Below are positions 33,937-37,424 of a stretch of 37,424 nucleotides of DNA, piece after piece. Origin of the DNA: Anaerolineales bacterium (GTDB lineage: Bacteria; Chloroflexota; Anaerolineae; Anaerolineales; UBA6668). The notes beneath the pieces are model-generated. The model saw nothing but the letters and a program-made list of their open reading frames with translations, had not been told where the DNA came from and did no database searches. The translations under genes were made by a program, and so were the position numbers. Position 1 is the stretch's first letter. Every line of letters starts with the position of its first letter. The DNA lies in the NCBI GenBank assembly GCA_020630225.1, contig JAHDBS010000006.1, positions 1 through 37,424 on the forward strand, written 5' to 3'.

Positions 33937-34911
33937 TTAGTTGATCTCCATTGGGTTCCAGCAAGCACAGAAGTGATTATCGCCATAATCTTTCCATTCT
34001 GGCTGTTCTTGGTCACATTTTTCAATGCGATTTGGGCAGCGCGGGTGGAAGCGACAACCTTTTGGCGGATGCAGCAAATCTGGTGGCTCGCCCGGTAGCG
34101 CAACAAGCTCACGCTTAGGCCCAGTCACACTTGGGAATGACTGCATGAGCGCATAGGTATAAGGATGAATTGGACGAATGAAAATCTCTTCTGTATCAGC
34201 CAGTTCAACCATGCGTCCCGCATACATCACACCGACACGATCACTGACTTCTGCAATAACAGCCACATCATGAGAGATGTAAACCATTGACATGTTGAGG
34301 CGGTCTTGCAAGGTCGTAATTTCTTTCAAAATACTGTCTTGAACAATCACATCAAGCGCTGTAGTTGGCTCGTCTGCAATGATGATGTCAGGATCGCAAG
34401 ACAATGCCATTGCAATAACGGCACGTTGGCGCATCCCGCCAGAATATTCATGTGGATAGCGATCGACCATTTCTGGGGCTAACCCAACCATGCGGAATAA
34501 GTTTTCAATTTTGACCCGCGCATCTTTTTCAGACACATCAGGCAAGTGCGTTTCAATCGCTTCAATGATTTGATCACCAACGGTATAGACCGGATTGAAC
34601 GCATTCATTGCAGCTTGGAACACCATGGAAATCTCGCTCCAGCGGTGCTTACGCATTTCTTCTTCAGGTAGTGGCACCATGTCCTTACCATTCAGAACAA
34701 TTTGCCCTTGCTGGATCATGGCGTTATCTGGCAACAGCTTCAGCAACGACTTTGCAATACTCGTCTTGCCACAACCAGATTCCCCGACCAAGCCGAGAGC
34801 TTGACCGCGCTTAATGGAAAAACTGACGTTATCCACAGCAGAGACGTTGCCTTTGCGCGTGGAATATTCCATTGTCAGGTTTTTGACTTCAATAACGTTT
34901 TCTGTACTCAT
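33937..34911 (-). CDS. Opp/Dpp-family peptide ABC transporter ATP-binding subunit (OppD/DppD-like)
   Basis: [50 protein letters not shown]. Confidence 0.94.
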   Translation of the reverse strand: MSTENVIEVKNLTMEYSTRKGNVSAVDNVSFSIKRGQALGLVGESGCGKTSIAKSLLKLLPDNAMIQQGQIVLNGKDMVPLPEEEMRKHRWSEISMVFQAAMNAFNPVYTVGDQIIEAIETHLPDVSEKDARVKIENLFRMVGLAPEMVDRYPHEYSGGMRQRAVIAMALSCDPDIIIADEPTTALDVIVQDSILKEITTLQDRLNMSMVYISHDVAVIAEVSDRVGVMYAGRMVELADTEEIFIRPIHPYTYALMQSFPSVTGPKRELVALPGEPPDLLHPPKGCRFHPRCPNRIEKCDQEQPEWKDYGDNHFCACWNPMEIN

Positions 34912-34926
34912 ATTTGCTGAGCCCCT

Positions 34927-35889
34927 TTAGCGTTGGCGCAACCGTGGGTTGACGATTTCATCAAGCGCCCGACCAACAAGGTAAAACGCAGAACTCAGCA
35001 AGGTAATTGACAACCCAGCTGGGAAGATCAAATACCATCTGTTGCTGAAGTCCAAAATAAAGCCAAGGTTACGCGTGGTGTTCAGCATAATCCCCCAACT
35101 CATATCTACTTCGAGCAAGCCTAAGAACGCCAACACTGCTTCAGAGAAAATAGCTCCGGTTACAGAGAACATCATGTAGAGCAATGCAATTGGCATTAGG
35201 TTTGGTAATAGGTGGCGGAAAATAATGTGGAAATCGCCACCGCCTGCAACGCGCGCAGCTTCAATATAAGGCTTTACCTTAATGGATAACGCTTGCGACT
35301 TGATGACGACTGTAGACGCCCCAAAAGCAGAGATAAGTCCAATGACCAGCGCAAGCTGAACAATACTCAACTCGAACAGACCACTGACCACAATCAAAAT
35401 TGAAAGTGCAGGAACCATAATGACAAGATCAACAATGCGCATGATGACATTGTCGATTACACCACCATAATAAGCTGCAATTGCGCCGAGTGTTGTGGTC
35501 ATTGTCACGGTTACAGTTGCCGCGAGAACCGCCAAAATAAACTCGTTACGCGCGCTAAACATTAGCTGACTAAGAATGTCTTGACCTTGAGGCGCTGTGC
35601 CTAGCAAGTGCCGCGCTGATGGCGGGGCCGGATTGACTGGTGATTGAGGGTCAAAGCCATTGATTGGATTGTAAACATTCGGGTCCCAGACCGTATTCAA
35701 CAAAATTGGATGCAAAATAACCAATAGTAAGAAGAACAGAATGATCCCAAGGCCAATAAGGCCAACTGGATTTTCAGCGAAGAGCGCCCAGTTTGCAGCA
35801 GCAGATTTCCTAAACAAAGCCCAGCGTGCTTGCCAGACAGAGCTACCACCATTAGATCTATTAGATGAAGAATTTGTCATAGTTGCCAT
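34927..35889 (-). CDS. Opp/Dpp-family ABC permease (OppC/DppC-like)
   Basis: HLLGT..QGQDI, EAA motif YIEAARVAGG....IIFRHLLPN, SWG.ML, NPRLR. Confidence 0.93.
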   Translation of the reverse strand: MATMTNSSSNRSNGGSSVWQARWALFRKSAAANWALFAENPVGLIGLGIILFFLLLVILHPILLNTVWDPNVYNPINGFDPQSPVNPAPPSARHLLGTAPQGQDILSQLMFSARNEFILAVLAATVTVTMTTTLGAIAAYYGGVIDNVIMRIVDLVIMVPALSILIVVSGLFELSIVQLALVIGLISAFGASTVVIKSQALSIKVKPYIEAARVAGGGDFHIIFRHLLPNLMPIALLYMMFSVTGAIFSEAVLAFLGLLEVDMSWGIMLNTTRNLGFILDFSNRWYLIFPAGLSITLLSSAFYLVGRALDEIVNPRLRQR

Positions 35890-35896
35890 CTCTCGT

Positions 35897-37084
35897 TTAG
35901 TGGATGCGAATGCGTGGATCTAAGAAGACGTAGCCAATGTCAACAATAAGGTGACCAATCAGCGTCATAATCCCGATGAGCGTCAGCGCCCCCATTGCAA
36001 CAGCAAAGTCACTCACAGATACGGACTGTACGAGCGTTGCCCCAATCCCAGGCCATGAGAACACTGTTTCAGTAATAATCCCACCGCTAATGGTGTTACT
36101 AAGACTAAAGACGAGTGCGGTCCAAACTGGCAACACAGCATTACGAGCTGCGTGTCGGTTCCGAATGACCCCTTCAGGTAACCCTTTCGCCCGCGCTGTC
36201 TCAATGTAGTCCTCGCGCAGCGTTTCGAGCATACTCGTTCTTGTTAGCAGCATATTCCCACCGAATGAGATGAGGGTCAGCGTCAGAATAGGCAAGAACA
36301 AGTGCTTGACAATGTCCCAAGCATAGAGACCTACTCCTGAGATAAAAGCCCACCAAATTAGGCTGCCGCCAATTGACAACACAACACTACCGATGCGCAA
36401 TGCTGGGCGGTAGCGACGTGGAATGTAATTTGACACGATCAATGCAATCAAGATGATCATTACGATTGCAAAGAAGTTCCAGTTCATCCAAGAGAAGACT
36501 GTATTTGTGTCGTATGGGGCGCGCCGCCAGAGGCTTGGCGTGTTGAACTTACTAATCGGAAGATCAAAGTCAATTCCGAAGGTGTCCGATATCCACGAGT
36601 CAAGTTGACGGGCAAATAACCACAAGAGGATGTAAGCCAACAATGGCGTGAAGATGGTGAACAGTGTTACACCAGTAATGGTTGATGCATATTCCCATGC
36701 ACCACCACGCTTCCAAGCCAAGAACTTACCAGCGATGTAACCAAGCCAAAATGACAAGATAGTCGCAGCCATGAACAGCGTGAAGGTCCGCGGCAAACGT
36801 GTCATCAAAATTTCTGACACTGGCCGTGGATATTGCTGCATTGAAACGCCTAAGTTCCCCGTATAGAAGTTCGTCAGGTAGGTCCAAATGCGGCTTGGCA
36901 GCGGACCGTCTAGACCTAAGTCTGCCGCAATCCGAGCGCGTTCAGCTGCGGTAATGTCAGGATTACCAATAAGCAGATCGGTAACATCACCTGGTTGCAG
37001 ATCGATCAAAATATACGTTGCAATCTGAAACAGAAGCAATGTAATGAACATCTGCACAATTCGTTTTCCAATATATGACCACAT
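35897..37084 (-). CDS. Opp/Dpp-family ABC permease (OppB/DppB-like) with extra central TM segments
   Basis: YI.KR, PGD, LGLD.PL, G.LG.S, RLP.T; TR.SMLE.LREDY..TARAKGL....I..RH..RNA.LP; ETVFSWPG.G; LDPRI. Confidence 0.92.
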   Translation of the reverse strand: MWSYIGKRIVQMFITLLLFQIATYILIDLQPGDVTDLLIGNPDITAAERARIAADLGLDGPLPSRIWTYLTNFYTGNLGVSMQQYPRPVSEILMTRLPRTFTLFMAATILSFWLGYIAGKFLAWKRGGAWEYASTITGVTLFTIFTPLLAYILLWLFARQLDSWISDTFGIDFDLPISKFNTPSLWRRAPYDTNTVFSWMNWNFFAIVMIILIALIVSNYIPRRYRPALRIGSVVLSIGGSLIWWAFISGVGLYAWDIVKHLFLPILTLTLISFGGNMLLTRTSMLETLREDYIETARAKGLPEGVIRNRHAARNAVLPVWTALVFSLSNTISGGIITETVFSWPGIGATLVQSVSVSDFAVAMGALTLIGIMTLIGHLIVDIGYVFLDPRIRIH

Positions 37085-37377
37085 ATTGCGGGTCCCCTAT
37101 GGTTGTGTAATAGCCAAAATTGACTGCAATGAGATTAACGTTCTGGCTGGCTCTTACTGACGTTTCGCCAACTGAACTCGGTTACTTACAGTTATTTGTT
37201 ACGAAACACTGACTGTGGAATTTGGAGAAAGGAGTTGTAGTGATTGTTCACAACTTTCTCCGTATAAAAAACACATGTTAGTTCATCACGCATGGTGATC
37301 CCCTAACATGTGCTTTTTATAGGCACAAAAGAACGACTTCCAGCCCATAAAGGACTGGAAGTCGTAAAAAGTTGTGA

Positions 37378-37424
37378 CTATTGAGTCAGTGGTGATGCAG
37401 AACTTTCAAGCGTGGTGAAAATTT
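37378..37424 (-). CDS. Probable 3' end of an upstream gene (likely the ABC substrate-binding protein)
   Basis: Open minus-strand frame ...NFTTLESSASPLTQ* ending at 37378, followed by hairpins. Identity is inferred only from its position before the permeases. Confidence 0.4.
   Translation of the reverse strand, partial: IFTTLESSASPLTQ

Noticed and set aside
10422-35923. The many other 60-200 aa ORFs nested in or antisense to long genes (e.g. 11159..11752, 19733..20167, 32921..33490)
   Set aside because: All lie within well-supported genes in another frame or strand and show no independent protein motifs.

Overview
A mostly core-genome bacterial window in which every credible gene lies on the minus strand. 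Inferred origin is Chloroflexota, probably Anaerolineae, based on the fused GlyQS, a 7TM-GAF-HTH protein, a 3-domain S1 paralog and the intergenic heptamer repeats. In transcription order (right to left): the 3' tip of a probable peptide-binding protein, an Opp/Dpp-type ABC transporter (2 permeases, 2 ATPases), tRNA-Gln(UUG), glmU, cdd, recO, an alpha/beta hydrolase, fused glyQS, dnaG, rpoD, a membrane protein/MoxR/DUF58/membrane protein/PNP operon, a membrane Ig-like protein, a GNAT, a 7TM-GAF-HTH one-component regulator candidate, an S1-domain protein, ftsK, a CoxD-like AAA+ ATPase, tag, a CoxE-like VWA protein, yebC, ruvC, ruvA, proC, an alternative sigma-70, a GH114-like glycoside hydrolase and the 5' part of atpA. 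I saw no CRISPR array, transposase, integrase or prophage. The most interesting signals are non-coding. (1) A family of ~100-bp elements with inverted arms of tandem heptamers around a homologous spacer of exactly 51 nt fills three consecutive intergenic spaces and supplies the stop codons of the upstream genes; related heptamer arrays with other cores occur elsewhere. (2) A CGTC-type REP dimer lies next to tag. (3) A long structured leader or ncRNA candidate lies upstream of the S1 paralog. (4) A shared TGGCAA-N4-TTGCTA palindrome lies upstream of both the S1 gene and ftsK. All calls come from reading the sequence by eye; no database searches were run.
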